This document shows positions 29,760 to 39,112 of a DNA stretch of 64,000 bases, in pieces; position 1 is the stretch's first letter; the number at the start of each line of letters is the position of its first letter. The translations under genes and the position numbers were made by a program. The stretch lies in assembly GCA_963770835.1 (NCBI GenBank), contig CAVYRH010000004.1, positions 320,001 through 384,000 of the forward strand. Direction: 5' to 3'. The notes under the pieces are model-generated. The model searched no databases, was not told the origin of the DNA, and saw only the letters and a list, made by a program, of their open reading frames with translations. This stretch comes from an uncultured Pseudomonadota bacterium. GTDB taxonomy: Bacteria; Oederibacteriota; Muellerivitia; Muellerivitales; Muellerivitaceae.

Positions 29760-30140
29760 TTAACGCTTGGCCGGATCGGCGGTATTGCTGAAAGCTCCCT
29801 TTAAGGCGATTTCCGCAGAAGGGAAGGACCTTAAAACCTTGTCGTATTCCATCAGCTCAAAAGCGTCGTAGACCTCGGGTTTCATCCCCGACAAAACCAT
29901 GTCGCCGCCCGCCTCCTGGATCCTCCGGAAGTAAGTGATGATCAGGCCCCAACCCCCGCTGCTGATGTAATTGGTTTCGGCAAGGTCCAAGACCAGCTTT
30001 TTTTTCATGGAAGCCATCACGGATTGGAAAACTTTATCCAACTGCACAAGGGTATTGGCGTAAAGAAAGCCCGTGACCCGAAGGGTTGTGCTGTCCGGAG
30101 GAAAAGGGTGATGGTTCACATCAATCGAAATGCTTTCCAT
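29760..30140 (-). CDS. STAS domain anti-sigma-factor antagonist
   Basis: LVLDLAETNYISSGGWG...GGDMVL...PEVYDAFEL. Confidence 0.9.
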   Translation of the reverse strand: MESISIDVNHHPFPPDSTTLRVTGFLYANTLVQLDKVFQSVMASMKKKLVLDLAETNYISSGGWGLIITYFRRIQEAGGDMVLSGMKPEVYDAFELMEYDKVLRSFPSAEIALKGAFSNTADPAKR

Positions 30141-30345
30141 GGGTATCCTTGGAAACGTTCAGTTTTCCAAAAGCGTTTTGATGTTCTTCACTATAAAAGT
30201 GCGAATGGCGGAACCGAAAGGCAATTATCCTTAAAAGTGGGACGACGGTTTAACCTGGAATCATAAAGACTAAAACCGGCGGCAACCCCAAGGGTGGACG
30301 GTAGGACTGAGCTTCCCTTACGTTGGACGCCGGTCCGCCGGTATA

Positions 30346-31206
30346 ATGCCCGCCGAATCCAACCGCAAAACGACTGGAATGTTTATGCCCCCGGCCATAC
30401 CCTTAAATGTCGTCAACCTCACCAAGCGTTACAAGTCCCGCTGGGGCGGGGAGGACGTGGAAGCGGTCCGCGGTATTTCCTTTGAAGTTTCCCCGGGGGA
30501 GTGCTTCGGGCTCTTGGGCCCCAACGGCGCGGGCAAGTCCACCACCATCCAATGCATCTCGGGGTTTTACCCCGCCACCTCGGGCGAGGTTTTCGTGGCC
30601 GGGCACAATGTCCACTTGAGCCCCAAACAGGCCCGGAAGGAATTGGGCGTCTGCAACCAGGAGGAAACCCTGGACAGCGATTTTTCCACCTTCGACCAAC
30701 TGGTGTTGCACGCCAGTTATTTCCACATCCCCCTTTCGGAGGGCAAAAAACGCGCCCAGGCCCTGCTGGAAAAATTCGGTTTGGCTGAGAAGGCCAAGGA
30801 GAACGTCGAGGCCCTTTCGGGCGGCATGAAGCGGCGCCTGCAGGTGGCCCGGGCCATGGTTTCAAACCCCCAGGTGCTGGTGCTGGACGAGCCCACGACC
30901 GGCCTGGATCCGGACGTGCGGCGCATGCTTTGGGAGGCGCTGGCCGAGGCCCGGGCCAAGGGAACGGCTATCCTGCTTTGCACCCACTATATGGAAGAAG
31001 CCGAGCGGCTTTGCGACCGAATCGCCATCCTCTCCCACGGCAAGATCCTCGACACCGATTCACCGGAAAGGCTCATCGCCAAGCACATCGCCCGGGAGGA
31101 AGTGGAGGAGGAAGTCCGGCCCGGCGTGGTCTGGAAAAGGCGGCCCAACCTGGAGGACGTGTACCTGAAGCTCACCGGAAGCGGGCTCGGTGTTGAAGGG
31201 CTTTGA
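30346..31206 (+). CDS. ABC exporter ATP-binding subunit (NodI-like)
   Basis: GPNGAGKST, LSGGMKRRL, LDEPTTGLD and THYMEEAERLCDR motifs; true start may be slightly downstream because TATAAT overlaps the first ATG. Confidence 0.93.
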   Translation: MPAESNRKTTGMFMPPAIPLNVVNLTKRYKSRWGGEDVEAVRGISFEVSPGECFGLLGPNGAGKSTTIQCISGFYPATSGEVFVAGHNVHLSPKQARKELGVCNQEETLDSDFSTFDQLVLHASYFHIPLSEGKKRAQALLEKFGLAEKAKENVEALSGGMKRRLQVARAMVSNPQVLVLDEPTTGLDPDVRRMLWEALAEARAKGTAILLCTHYMEEAERLCDRIAILSHGKILDTDSPERLIAKHIAREEVEEEVRPGVVWKRRPNLEDVYLKLTGSGLGVEGL

Positions 31207-31209
31207 CTG

Positions 31210-31283
31210 CAGTTCACAGTCCGCAGTTCGCGGTAACGACTTAAAGGCTTTTGCTGCCAACTGCGAGCTGCCAACCGCGAACT
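31210..31283. repeat. inverted heptamer tandem repeats
   Basis: CAGTTCA CAGTCCG CAGTTCG followed by CTGCCAA CTGCGAG CTGCCAA CCGCGAA. Confidence 0.75.
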
Positions 31284-31325
31284 TTTTGAGGAACACTTGC
31301 ATCAGTGAAAGAAAGCTGAACTTCA

Positions 31326-32114
31326 ATGGGAGTGACTCGAGTGATACCTGAAAGCTTGTGGGGCGTGTGGTGCGTGTGGCGGCGGTATTATTCCGCCTTC
31401 CTGAAAAGCATCGTGTACTACTTGCTGACGACCTTCCTGGAGCCCATCTTCTACCTGCTTTCCTTCGGGCTGGGAGTGGGGGCCTTGGTGGGCAATATCA
31501 CCACCCAGGGCGTGCATATGTCCTACCGAAGCTTCATCTTTTCCGGCATCATCGCCCAGACGGTGCTGTTCCAGGGGTTCTACGAGGGATCCTTCGGCGC
31601 CTTCGTACGCATGTATTACCAGAAGATCTTCCAGGCCATCGCCATCACGCCCATTACCCTGTCGGAAGTGCTTTGGGGGGAACTGTTTTGGGACGCCACC
31701 AAGGCCACGGTAGCCGCGGAAGTGGTGGCCCTGATCGGCGTGGCCACTGGCGATTTCCGGCCCCTCTGCCTATTGACGATCCTGCCCTTCAGCTTCGCGG
31801 GGGCTTTTTTGTTCTCGTCCATGGGATTGGCCTCGGCGGGTTTTTCCCGGACCATCGACGAATTGTCCTATCCCCAGTACCTGCTCATTTTCCCCATGTT
31901 CCTTTTCTGCGGGGTCTTCTATCCCATCGAAAGCCTGCCGGCGGCCCTGCAAAAAGTCGCCTGGTTTTTCCCCCTGACCTCCGTGAACGCCATCTTCCGG
32001 TCCCTCACCCTGGGCCTTCCCCTGGCTGGCCAGGCCGTGCCACTACTGTTGGGTTGGCTTGTTGTCATGGTTTGGGTCTCCCGCCGGGCTATGTTTAAAA
32101 GACTGGTGAAGTAA
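31326..32114 (+). CDS. ABC-2 type permease (NodJ-like)
   Basis: VWRR...LEPIFYLLSFGLGVG, RMYYQKIFQAI..TP and PMFLFCGVFYP motifs. Confidence 0.9.
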   Translation: MGVTRVIPESLWGVWCVWRRYYSAFLKSIVYYLLTTFLEPIFYLLSFGLGVGALVGNITTQGVHMSYRSFIFSGIIAQTVLFQGFYEGSFGAFVRMYYQKIFQAIAITPITLSEVLWGELFWDATKATVAAEVVALIGVATGDFRPLCLLTILPFSFAGAFLFSSMGLASAGFSRTIDELSYPQYLLIFPMFLFCGVFYPIESLPAALQKVAWFFPLTSVNAIFRSLTLGLPLAGQAVPLLLGWLVVMVWVSRRAMFKRLVK

Positions 32115-32378
32115 TTCCCCATCAGATTTTCCTCCAAACTTTTTCAGAAAAACCGCCGCGTTCCCCCAAAAATGCATCCTGGAATTATTCAACGAAACGA
32201 AAGGGGTTATACCTTTTGTTTCACCGCTAAAACGCATGTAAAAATTTCCGGCTACCCTAAACCGTTGGTTTAGGGTTTTCCCCAAATTGTGGTTCCACCG
32301 GCTATAGGTTACTGCTCCTCTCGCCTAAAATAATTTCCGTCGTCCCTGTTTAATTCATTCCCGCGTGAGACGGAAGCC

Positions 32379-35267
32379 ATGAAACGCAAAATTGCGGTCC
32401 AAGTCCTCTTGCTGGCGGCCTTGGCGCTCCTGTGGTTCTTTGGGTTAGGGGCGGGTTCAGCCAAGCCAGGGCCTTCCTTCCCCGCAAACCGGAAAACCCA
32501 CTCCCTCGCCTGGGACCGGCCCGCTCAACGGCGGATCAATTTCGGCCAACTGCCCTTGGCCTTTGAGCCGAATCAGGGCCAGACCGATTCCCAAGTCCAA
32601 TACCTGGCCCGTGGAAGGGGATACTCCCTTTTTATCGCCTCAGGTGAAGCCGTCCTGACCCTGGAAAAGTCATCCATTCCTTCCGCCCCTTCCCGCGGGC
32701 CTCAGCGGCGGTTCCCCGCGTTTTGGAACAGGCCCCATCCCCTTCCTGGAGCCCGATCCGTCCTGCGGCTTCGGTTGCAAGAGTCGGTGACGGAAGGAAT
32801 TTTCGAGGGCCGGAATCCTCTTCCTGGTTTCAGTAATTATTTCCTGGGAAAGAACCCCTCGCGCTGGCGAAGTCATATCCCCCAATATGGAGAGGTCCTG
32901 GCCTCTGGGGTTTATCCGGGCGTGGACATGGACTATCACGGGACCCAGGGAAAACTGGAGTACGACTTCGTTGTCCGGCCCGGGGGCGATCCGGCTTCCA
33001 TTCACCTTCAATATGAAGGGGTCCAGAACGCTCAGGTGAACCCAGGAGGGGATTTAGAGTTGGGGACCGCCCAAGGCACCGTTCGTTTTCTCGCCCCCCG
33101 GGTTTACCAGGAAAGCCAGGGCCAAAAGACGGCCGTGGAGGGCCGCTACCGCCTGGAAGAGGGGGGGCGGATAGGCTTTGAGCTGGGGAATTACGACCGG
33201 ACCCTGCCCGTGGTGATCGACCCGGTGCTGGATTATTCCACTTATTGGGGGGGAAGCGGCGGGGACGTGGGGATGGGCATCGCCCTGGACTCCAACGGGA
33301 ACGCCTATGGGACGGGTTACACCACCTCCGCCGATTTTCCCGTGACCAACGCGGCCCAAACGGTCCTTGGGGGGGCTCAAAACGCCTTTGTAGACGAAAT
33401 CGACGCGACCGGAACCGTCCTGCTTTATTCCACCTACCTGGGCGGCAGCGGAACGGACCAGGCCAACGGCATCGAAGTAGACGCGGGAGGCGCCGCTTAT
33501 ATCGTGGGCACCACCAACTCCGCGGATTTCCCCGTGACCAACGCACTGCGGGCTACCCTTTCCAACGGTTATGACAACGCTTTCGCCGCCGAGCTGGCAT
33601 CGGGCGGAGGGGCCCTGGTTTTTTCCACCTACCTGGGTGGAAGCGGCAGCGCGGCCAACACTTCCGGCGACTACGGGCAGGCCTTGGCCCTGGATTCGGC
33701 CGGGGCCGTTTACTTGGGCGGCTACACTTATTCCGCTGATTTTCCCATGACCAACGCCTTCCAGACCGGCTTGAACGGCATCATCAATGGTTTCATCACG
33801 AAGCTCAATCCCCAAGGCGTGGGCATGGCTTATTCCACTTACCTGGGTGGCTCGAACCAGGACGGATGTTTCGGAATCGCGGTGGACGCTTCGGGCAACG
33901 CCTATATCACGGGTGTGGCCACTTCCGCCAATTTTCCCGTGACCAATGCCGCCGGCTTGGACGCCGCCTTCGGCGGAAACCAAAACGCCTTCGCGGCGGA
34001 AATCAACGCCGGGGACACGGCCCTCGTTTATTCCACCTACTTGGGGGGGAGCGGGACCGACCTGGGTAACGGCATCGCCGTGGATCCGCAATCCAACGCC
34101 TATGTGGCGGGATACACCAGCTCGGCCAATTTTCCCGTCACCAACGCGGTGCAATCCTCCCTGTCCAACACTAGCGCCAACGCCTTCCTGACCGAGGTGG
34201 CGGCGGGAGGAGCCAGCTTCGTTTATTCCACCTACCTGGGCGGCAGCGGCAACGCCAACGGTTACGGCGACTACGCGCTGGCCGTGGCCGTGAACAGCCA
34301 GGGCGACGCCTACGTGGCGGGTTACACGGGCTCGCTGAATTTTCCGAACCTCAACGCCGTCCAAACGGCCAACAACAGCCCCGACGCAAACTGCTTTATC
34401 ACCCAAATGGCGGCGGGAGGGACGGGGCTGGTTTATTCCACCTTCCTGGGCGGGAGCGTTTTCGACGAAGCCAACGGCCTGGCGGTAGACAACAACGGGG
34501 ACGCCTACGTGACCGGCACGACCTATTCCACGGATTTTCCCGTGACCGCCATCCCTCCGCAGGCCGGCCTGTTGGGGACCAACAACTCCTTCCTCGCGGA
34601 AATTTCCCAACCCCTTCCGCCTACGGCCACGCCGACCCCCACGAATACGGCGACAGCAACATCCACCTGCACCCCCACGGCCACCCTTACGAACAGTCCG
34701 ACCCTCACCTCGAGCCCGACTTCCACGGATACTCCCACGATCACTGCCACCTTTACGCCGACCAACACGGGCACCCTGGAGCCGACCCCCACTCCCTCGC
34801 CTAGCGACACGCCGACGATGACTCCCACCCCCACGCCCACCGGTACGCCGACGACAACCTCCACTTCCACGGCAACCTTCACCGTGACGTCCACGGTGAC
34901 TTGGACTTCCACCAAGACGCCGACCGCCAGCCCCACCGTCTCGGCCACGCCCACTCCCAGCGCCACCGCCATGGTTTCAACCGTGACTATTGGGAACCCT
35001 TACCCCAACCCCGTTTCTGGGACGGCAACCGTTTCGATTCCAGTTCTGGCTCCCACGGGTTCAATGGCCAAGTGGACGGTTTATACCACCGCCTTCCGGA
35101 AAATTTTTGATCAGACCCGGGCTATTCCCGGAAACAACGGCGTTTTATCTTGGGACCTGCGGGATACCTGGGGCAATCCCGTGGCCAACGGACTTTACTA
35201 TGTTCAAGTCGAAGTGAAGGGCTTGATCCATGGAACTAAAATTTTGAAGGTTTTAGTGCTTCGTTGA
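32379..35267 (+). CDS. secreted SBBP-repeat beta-propeller protein with Thr/Pro linker and C-terminal FlgD-Ig/T9SS-like domain
   Basis: LPLAFEPNQGQ N-domain; seven (Y/F)ST(Y/F)(L/W)GGS...(G/A)(I/L)A(V/L)D..G.AY..G.T.S..FP repeats; C-terminal PYPNP...WDLRDTWGNPVANGLY...KVLVLR. Confidence 0.88.
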   Translation: MKRKIAVQVLLLAALALLWFFGLGAGSAKPGPSFPANRKTHSLAWDRPAQRRINFGQLPLAFEPNQGQTDSQVQYLARGRGYSLFIASGEAVLTLEKSSIPSAPSRGPQRRFPAFWNRPHPLPGARSVLRLRLQESVTEGIFEGRNPLPGFSNYFLGKNPSRWRSHIPQYGEVLASGVYPGVDMDYHGTQGKLEYDFVVRPGGDPASIHLQYEGVQNAQVNPGGDLELGTAQGTVRFLAPRVYQESQGQKTAVEGRYRLEEGGRIGFELGNYDRTLPVVIDPVLDYSTYWGGSGGDVGMGIALDSNGNAYGTGYTTSADFPVTNAAQTVLGGAQNAFVDEIDATGTVLLYSTYLGGSGTDQANGIEVDAGGAAYIVGTTNSADFPVTNALRATLSNGYDNAFAAELASGGGALVFSTYLGGSGSAANTSGDYGQALALDSAGAVYLGGYTYSADFPMTNAFQTGLNGIINGFITKLNPQGVGMAYSTYLGGSNQDGCFGIAVDASGNAYITGVATSANFPVTNAAGLDAAFGGNQNAFAAEINAGDTALVYSTYLGGSGTDLGNGIAVDPQSNAYVAGYTSSANFPVTNAVQSSLSNTSANAFLTEVAAGGASFVYSTYLGGSGNANGYGDYALAVAVNSQGDAYVAGYTGSLNFPNLNAVQTANNSPDANCFITQMAAGGTGLVYSTFLGGSVFDEANGLAVDNNGDAYVTGTTYSTDFPVTAIPPQAGLLGTNNSFLAEISQPLPPTATPTPTNTATATSTCTPTATLTNSPTLTSSPTSTDTPTITATFTPTNTGTLEPTPTPSPSDTPTMTPTPTPTGTPTTTSTSTATFTVTSTVTWTSTKTPTASPTVSATPTPSATAMVSTVTIGNPYPNPVSGTATVSIPVLAPTGSMAKWTVYTTAFRKIFDQTRAIPGNNGVLSWDLRDTWGNPVANGLYYVQVEVKGLIHGTKILKVLVLR

Positions 35268-35350
35268 TTTTCCCAAAGAAAGAAGTGCTTTTCTTTCCAA
35301 GAGGAACATCGCTTTTGGCGAACGAACACCGCCATTTTCCGGCCTTCTAT

Positions 35351-35359
35351 TGGTATAAT
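35351..35359 (+). promoter_or_regulatory. extended -10 element left of the IS
   Basis: Perfect TGnTATAAT (TGGTATAAT). Confidence 0.55.
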
Positions 35360-35380
35360 CTTCTCCTGTTTAGATAAATT

Positions 35381-36551
35381 GTAACCTCTGAAAAACTCCC
35401 TGTTTTGGTTTGAAACTCTTCTCACCAGGGTTTTCAACCCCGCTTGGAGATGTTTTTGTTTCTCCAAAGGTGTTGCACTTACTCCTAGAACTCCTTTTTC
35501 GACCCTTCTTGCGTCATCTGCCTCTGAAAAAACTCCCCTTAGCTCAGGCCGCCGCCAACTTTACGGCTCTTTTCCCATTAAATGCGATGCCACAGATCAA
35601 CACCCAAATCTTGTTTCGGGCCATCCCGTAGTACCTCATTCGTCCCATCGAACACCACCGCTTCAAGGTACTCATTGTCGCCTCGATCCCGCACCTCACA
35701 CGGCCCCAAACCTTGTTTTGCTTTAATTGCCTCTGGGTCAGCTTCTGTCCCCGCCAAACACGATGTAACACTCGATTCCGAATCCCTCGTTCCTCCAAAT
35801 ATTCATCGTGTTGCGCCGACCGGTAAGCCTTGTCAGCAAATGCCTGTTCTACCCCGCGAGGAACCATGTCTTTGAAATGTTCGTGATCGTGTTCCTCAAT
35901 ATGACTTAGATCCATCTTTCGAATCAGGCCGCTTTTCTCGTCCTGACCCACATGAACCTTCATCCCATCCACGGCTTTTCCTTGCCGGGAGGTGTAATGA
36001 ACATCTTCATCCACCGGCTTTCCCTCTTGATCCTTGGATTCCGGTTTACAGGCTCCTTCCACCAGGGTGGAGTCCACAATGGCCCCTTTCTTGACCAAAA
36101 GTCCTTTGCGATCTAAACCCTGTTGCACGGCCCCCCAAACCCGGTCTATCAAACCGGCTTCCCGGAGTCTTTCCCGAAACTTCACCAAAGTGGTGTCGTC
36201 GACGTGGTACTCTCGCACCCCTTCACCCACGAACCGCTCAAAACTGCGCCGGTCGTGGATTTCTTGGACTACTTCCACATCCGACAGGCCGTACCAGGAT
36301 TCCAGCAAAAGGCATTTAAACAAGATCAAAGGCGGGATGGGAGGTCTCCCCGTGTTGCCCCGGTACATTTCCATCAGCAATTTCTCGATCTTCGGAAAGT
36401 CCAGAACCTTATCCACTTCCTCTAGCATGGTCTTTTTGAGTCGCCGGTTCTTGTCCTCGTACATCCCGAAGCTGATTTGCATGGAATCCCTCCGTCTGGA
36501 ATGCTGCTATTATATTTCAGCATTTAGACGAAGGAGTTTTTCAGAGGTTAC
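35381..36551 (-). mobile_element. IS5-family insertion sequence
   Basis: 19-bp perfect terminal IR GTAACCTCTGAAAAACTCC at 35381-35399 and 36533-36551; AAATT direct repeat at 35376-35380 and 36552-36556. Confidence 0.9.
35544..36482 (-). CDS. IS5-family DDE transposase
   Basis: GRPPIP...WYGLSD, DDTTLVKFR, IVDSTLV, GMKVHVG, ADKAY and RCGIEATMSTLKR motifs. Confidence 0.93.
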   Translation of the reverse strand: MQISFGMYEDKNRRLKKTMLEEVDKVLDFPKIEKLLMEMYRGNTGRPPIPPLILFKCLLLESWYGLSDVEVVQEIHDRRSFERFVGEGVREYHVDDTTLVKFRERLREAGLIDRVWGAVQQGLDRKGLLVKKGAIVDSTLVEGACKPESKDQEGKPVDEDVHYTSRQGKAVDGMKVHVGQDEKSGLIRKMDLSHIEEHDHEHFKDMVPRGVEQAFADKAYRSAQHDEYLEERGIRNRVLHRVWRGQKLTQRQLKQNKVWGRVRCGIEATMSTLKRWCSMGRMRYYGMARNKIWVLICGIAFNGKRAVKLAAA

Positions 36552-36594
36552 AAATTGATTTATTGAATTAAGTCCGCATTATGGAGCGCAACCT

Positions 36595-37518
36595 ATGAAA
36601 AATTTCGTGCGTTTTAAAACATTAGTCCCGTTGACTCTTCTCGTTCTATTGCCTTTGGCTTGCACCCAAACCTATTCCGTGAATCCCGTGTCGCCTTCTG
36701 CCGGGGCGAATGCCACGAACACCCCAGGCGGCCCCGGGCCCAGCCCCACATTCACCTATACTCCGGGGGGGCCTGTGCCAACCGCTACTTTTACACCTGT
36801 GGTTCCGACGGCCACCCACACTCCCAATCCCACTTCCACCTTCACCCCTTCCAGGGGGACTCCCACCTACTCCCCTACGCCCAGCGGCACCTTCACTCCG
36901 CCCATGGGCCTTTGGGTGGTAGGAGCCTACGTGGACGCCTTGGAAAACCTCTCGATCAGCGGTATCTCCTATTCCGTCACCCTGAACGGCGTGACGGTCG
37001 ATATCTCGGTCAATCACAACGCGGAAACCACAGATGGGGTCACCTTCATCACTCCCTTGAACGGATCCATCCCTGTTACCTACACTGCTACAGCCAACAT
37101 GGGCACCTATTCCTACGCCGAGTACACCACGGCCGTCTCCTGGGTGTATGTGGTTAATGATAGTTACTCCCTTGCCGTTTCCAGCTCACTGGGCACGGCC
37201 ACGGCCAGCGTCAACGCCCCGGGTGATATCACGATTGCCTCCAACGGTTCCACCGCCAGCGCTGTTTATCCCGGCACTTACCAAGCTGCGGTAGTGGAAA
37301 GCGCCTCCACCGGCGTCACCACCTATGTTTCCCCCACGGGAACAAGCGTCGGGTCGCCCTATACCTATCCCTCTTCGGCTTATCCTTATTCCTCGCCCGC
37401 CACTTATTACACGGCCTATAGCGCGGGCGTGACGGACTTTAGCGTCACGGGCCCCAATGTGGCCGCGGGTTCAGCCTGGGTGGGAGACCAGGTAGTGGTC
37501 GACACTACCAACCGATGA
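36595..37518 (+). CDS. lipoprotein with Pro/Thr linker, hypothetical
   Basis: GGAG RBS; lipobox LPLA-C then TQTYSVNP; paralog of 39113..39889. Confidence 0.78.
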   Translation: MKNFVRFKTLVPLTLLVLLPLACTQTYSVNPVSPSAGANATNTPGGPGPSPTFTYTPGGPVPTATFTPVVPTATHTPNPTSTFTPSRGTPTYSPTPSGTFTPPMGLWVVGAYVDALENLSISGISYSVTLNGVTVDISVNHNAETTDGVTFITPLNGSIPVTYTATANMGTYSYAEYTTAVSWVYVVNDSYSLAVSSSLGTATASVNAPGDITIASNGSTASAVYPGTYQAAVVESASTGVTTYVSPTGTSVGSPYTYPSSAYPYSSPATYYTAYSAGVTDFSVTGPNVAAGSAWVGDQVVVDTTNR

Positions 37519-37632
37519 GCGACACCTCCACTGCGGGGGCCGGTGGTTGGTAAATGGTTTCCTTTGAGCCGCTTCAACCTTTTTGATAGACTAACGGCGT
37601 CTGTTCGATCCCCCTAATGTAGGAAACGTTAT

Positions 37633-39048
37633 ATGCGCCCCATTTGCTTTGCCGCCGTCGTCTTATTCGGTACGCTTATTATTCTTAGTTCCTCCACAGC
37701 TTCAGCTTTTACCTCTTCTGATTACTACAACGCCGGGCTCCAGCTTTATAACGCCCAAAACTACGGCCAGGCCATCCAGTATTTCAGCGCGGCCATCCAA
37801 ATGGATCCCAACAACACCGCGGCCCTGCAGGGGCGAGCCAATTGCTATTACACCCAGGGCCAGTACCAGCAGGCGCTCGATGATTACCAAAAAGTGCAGG
37901 CCCTCCAGCCCAATCCCCAATTGGCTTCCATGATCCAAGCCCTGCAGGCCAAGGTGGGGGCCGGAACTTCCGCCGCGCCGCCGCCGGTTCCCGGCGCAAC
38001 CACCAGTGATTCCTTCGCCCAGGGAACGGCCCTGTACCAACAAAGGCAATATGCGCAAGCCATTCCCATGTTCCAAAAAGCCACACAGGAAAACCCCAAG
38101 AACTCGAACGCTTACTATTACTTGGGGGTTTGCCAGATGCAATTAGGGGATATGAAGGACGCGGCCGTGGCCCTAGGGATTTCCAACAGGATCAACCCGA
38201 ACCCATCCGTGGAAAACTACGTGAACGCGCTCAAGGCCAGGTTGTCGCCGGATGACCAGCAATGGGTGGACGGCCAGATTACGGCTTCCGCCACCGCCTC
38301 AGCGGCTGGTATTTCGGCCCCCGCCTCCTCCAAGAATTTCGGAATCCGATTCGAGCCGGCTATCGTGTTGCCCGGTTTGGGGGATTTCAACGCCGAAGCC
38401 CAGTCCGAGCAGGCCGCCGCCAAGGCCCAGCAAAGCTCCGACCCGAGCCTCACCTATTCGGCATCCGTGCCGGCCGGATATCCCAATATCGCCATCGAGC
38501 CCGTCTATAAGATCAGCCCCCAATTCGAGCTGGGCCTGCCTATCGCATTGGGCATGGTCGGAACTTTCACGGAAAGCAGCGGGGACGGTTCTTCGCAAGG
38601 AACGACGTTCACCTTCACGACGAGCGCCTTTTCCCTGGGGATCAACGGAAGATACCTTCTTTCGTTGGGCAGGGACATGGACCTGTTCGTGGCCGGGGGC
38701 CCCTTGCTGGTCCCGGTCAGCATGAACGTAACGTCCACGGATACGGGCGCCAACATCAATTTATCGGCCGTCGGATTCGGGGGGCAGCTGCAATTGGGGA
38801 TGGACTACCAGCTGGCGGACGGCTTCACGGTGGGGCCCTTCGCCGGGTTCCAGTTCGTCAGCGCCAGCGGCTTCACCGGAACCTACCAGGGACAGAACGC
38901 CGAGCTTTATTTTTATTCAAACCCACCGACAGGCCAAGCCCGGCTTGTCACGTCCGGGCCGCCCGGTTCGCCGCCTCAGGGGGCAAGGCCGCTGGTCGTG
39001 GACCTTAGCGGACCCTTCGCGGGCCTCCAGATAGCGGCTTTTTTCTAA
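37633..39048 (+). CDS. TPR domains fused to an outer-membrane beta-barrel
   Basis: Signal peptide; two TPR pairs; about eight amphipathic strands; C-terminal Phe (GLQIAAFF). Confidence 0.8.
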   Translation: MRPICFAAVVLFGTLIILSSSTASAFTSSDYYNAGLQLYNAQNYGQAIQYFSAAIQMDPNNTAALQGRANCYYTQGQYQQALDDYQKVQALQPNPQLASMIQALQAKVGAGTSAAPPPVPGATTSDSFAQGTALYQQRQYAQAIPMFQKATQENPKNSNAYYYLGVCQMQLGDMKDAAVALGISNRINPNPSVENYVNALKARLSPDDQQWVDGQITASATASAAGISAPASSKNFGIRFEPAIVLPGLGDFNAEAQSEQAAAKAQQSSDPSLTYSASVPAGYPNIAIEPVYKISPQFELGLPIALGMVGTFTESSGDGSSQGTTFTFTTSAFSLGINGRYLLSLGRDMDLFVAGGPLLVPVSMNVTSTDTGANINLSAVGFGGQLQLGMDYQLADGFTVGPFAGFQFVSASGFTGTYQGQNAELYFYSNPPTGQARLVTSGPPGSPPQGARPLVVDLSGPFAGLQIAAFF

Positions 39049-39112
39049 ATCGTTCTTAAACCTACTGGCTTTGCCCGTTTTTCCAAAAATCCCCGCTTAT
39101 TTCAAGGACCCT

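Noticed and set aside
30346..32114. Nod-factor export together with GH20
   Set aside because: No nodABC genes; NodIJ-like exporters are widespread in non-nodulating bacteria.
33230..34600. Regularly spaced TATTCCACCTAC-like repeats as a CRISPR array
   Set aside because: They are in-frame YSTYLGG protein repeats about 180-200 bp apart, and there are no cas genes.
33054..34610. Long antisense ORFs (also 26902-28158, 47274-48566, 48755-49930, 13539-14654)
   Set aside because: They fully overlap well-supported genes on the other strand, which is expected at high GC3, and show no motifs.
28341..39048. Calling the TPR-barrel proteins Slam/T11SS
   Set aside because: The barrel regions look about 8-stranded rather than 14-stranded; kept only as an analogy.
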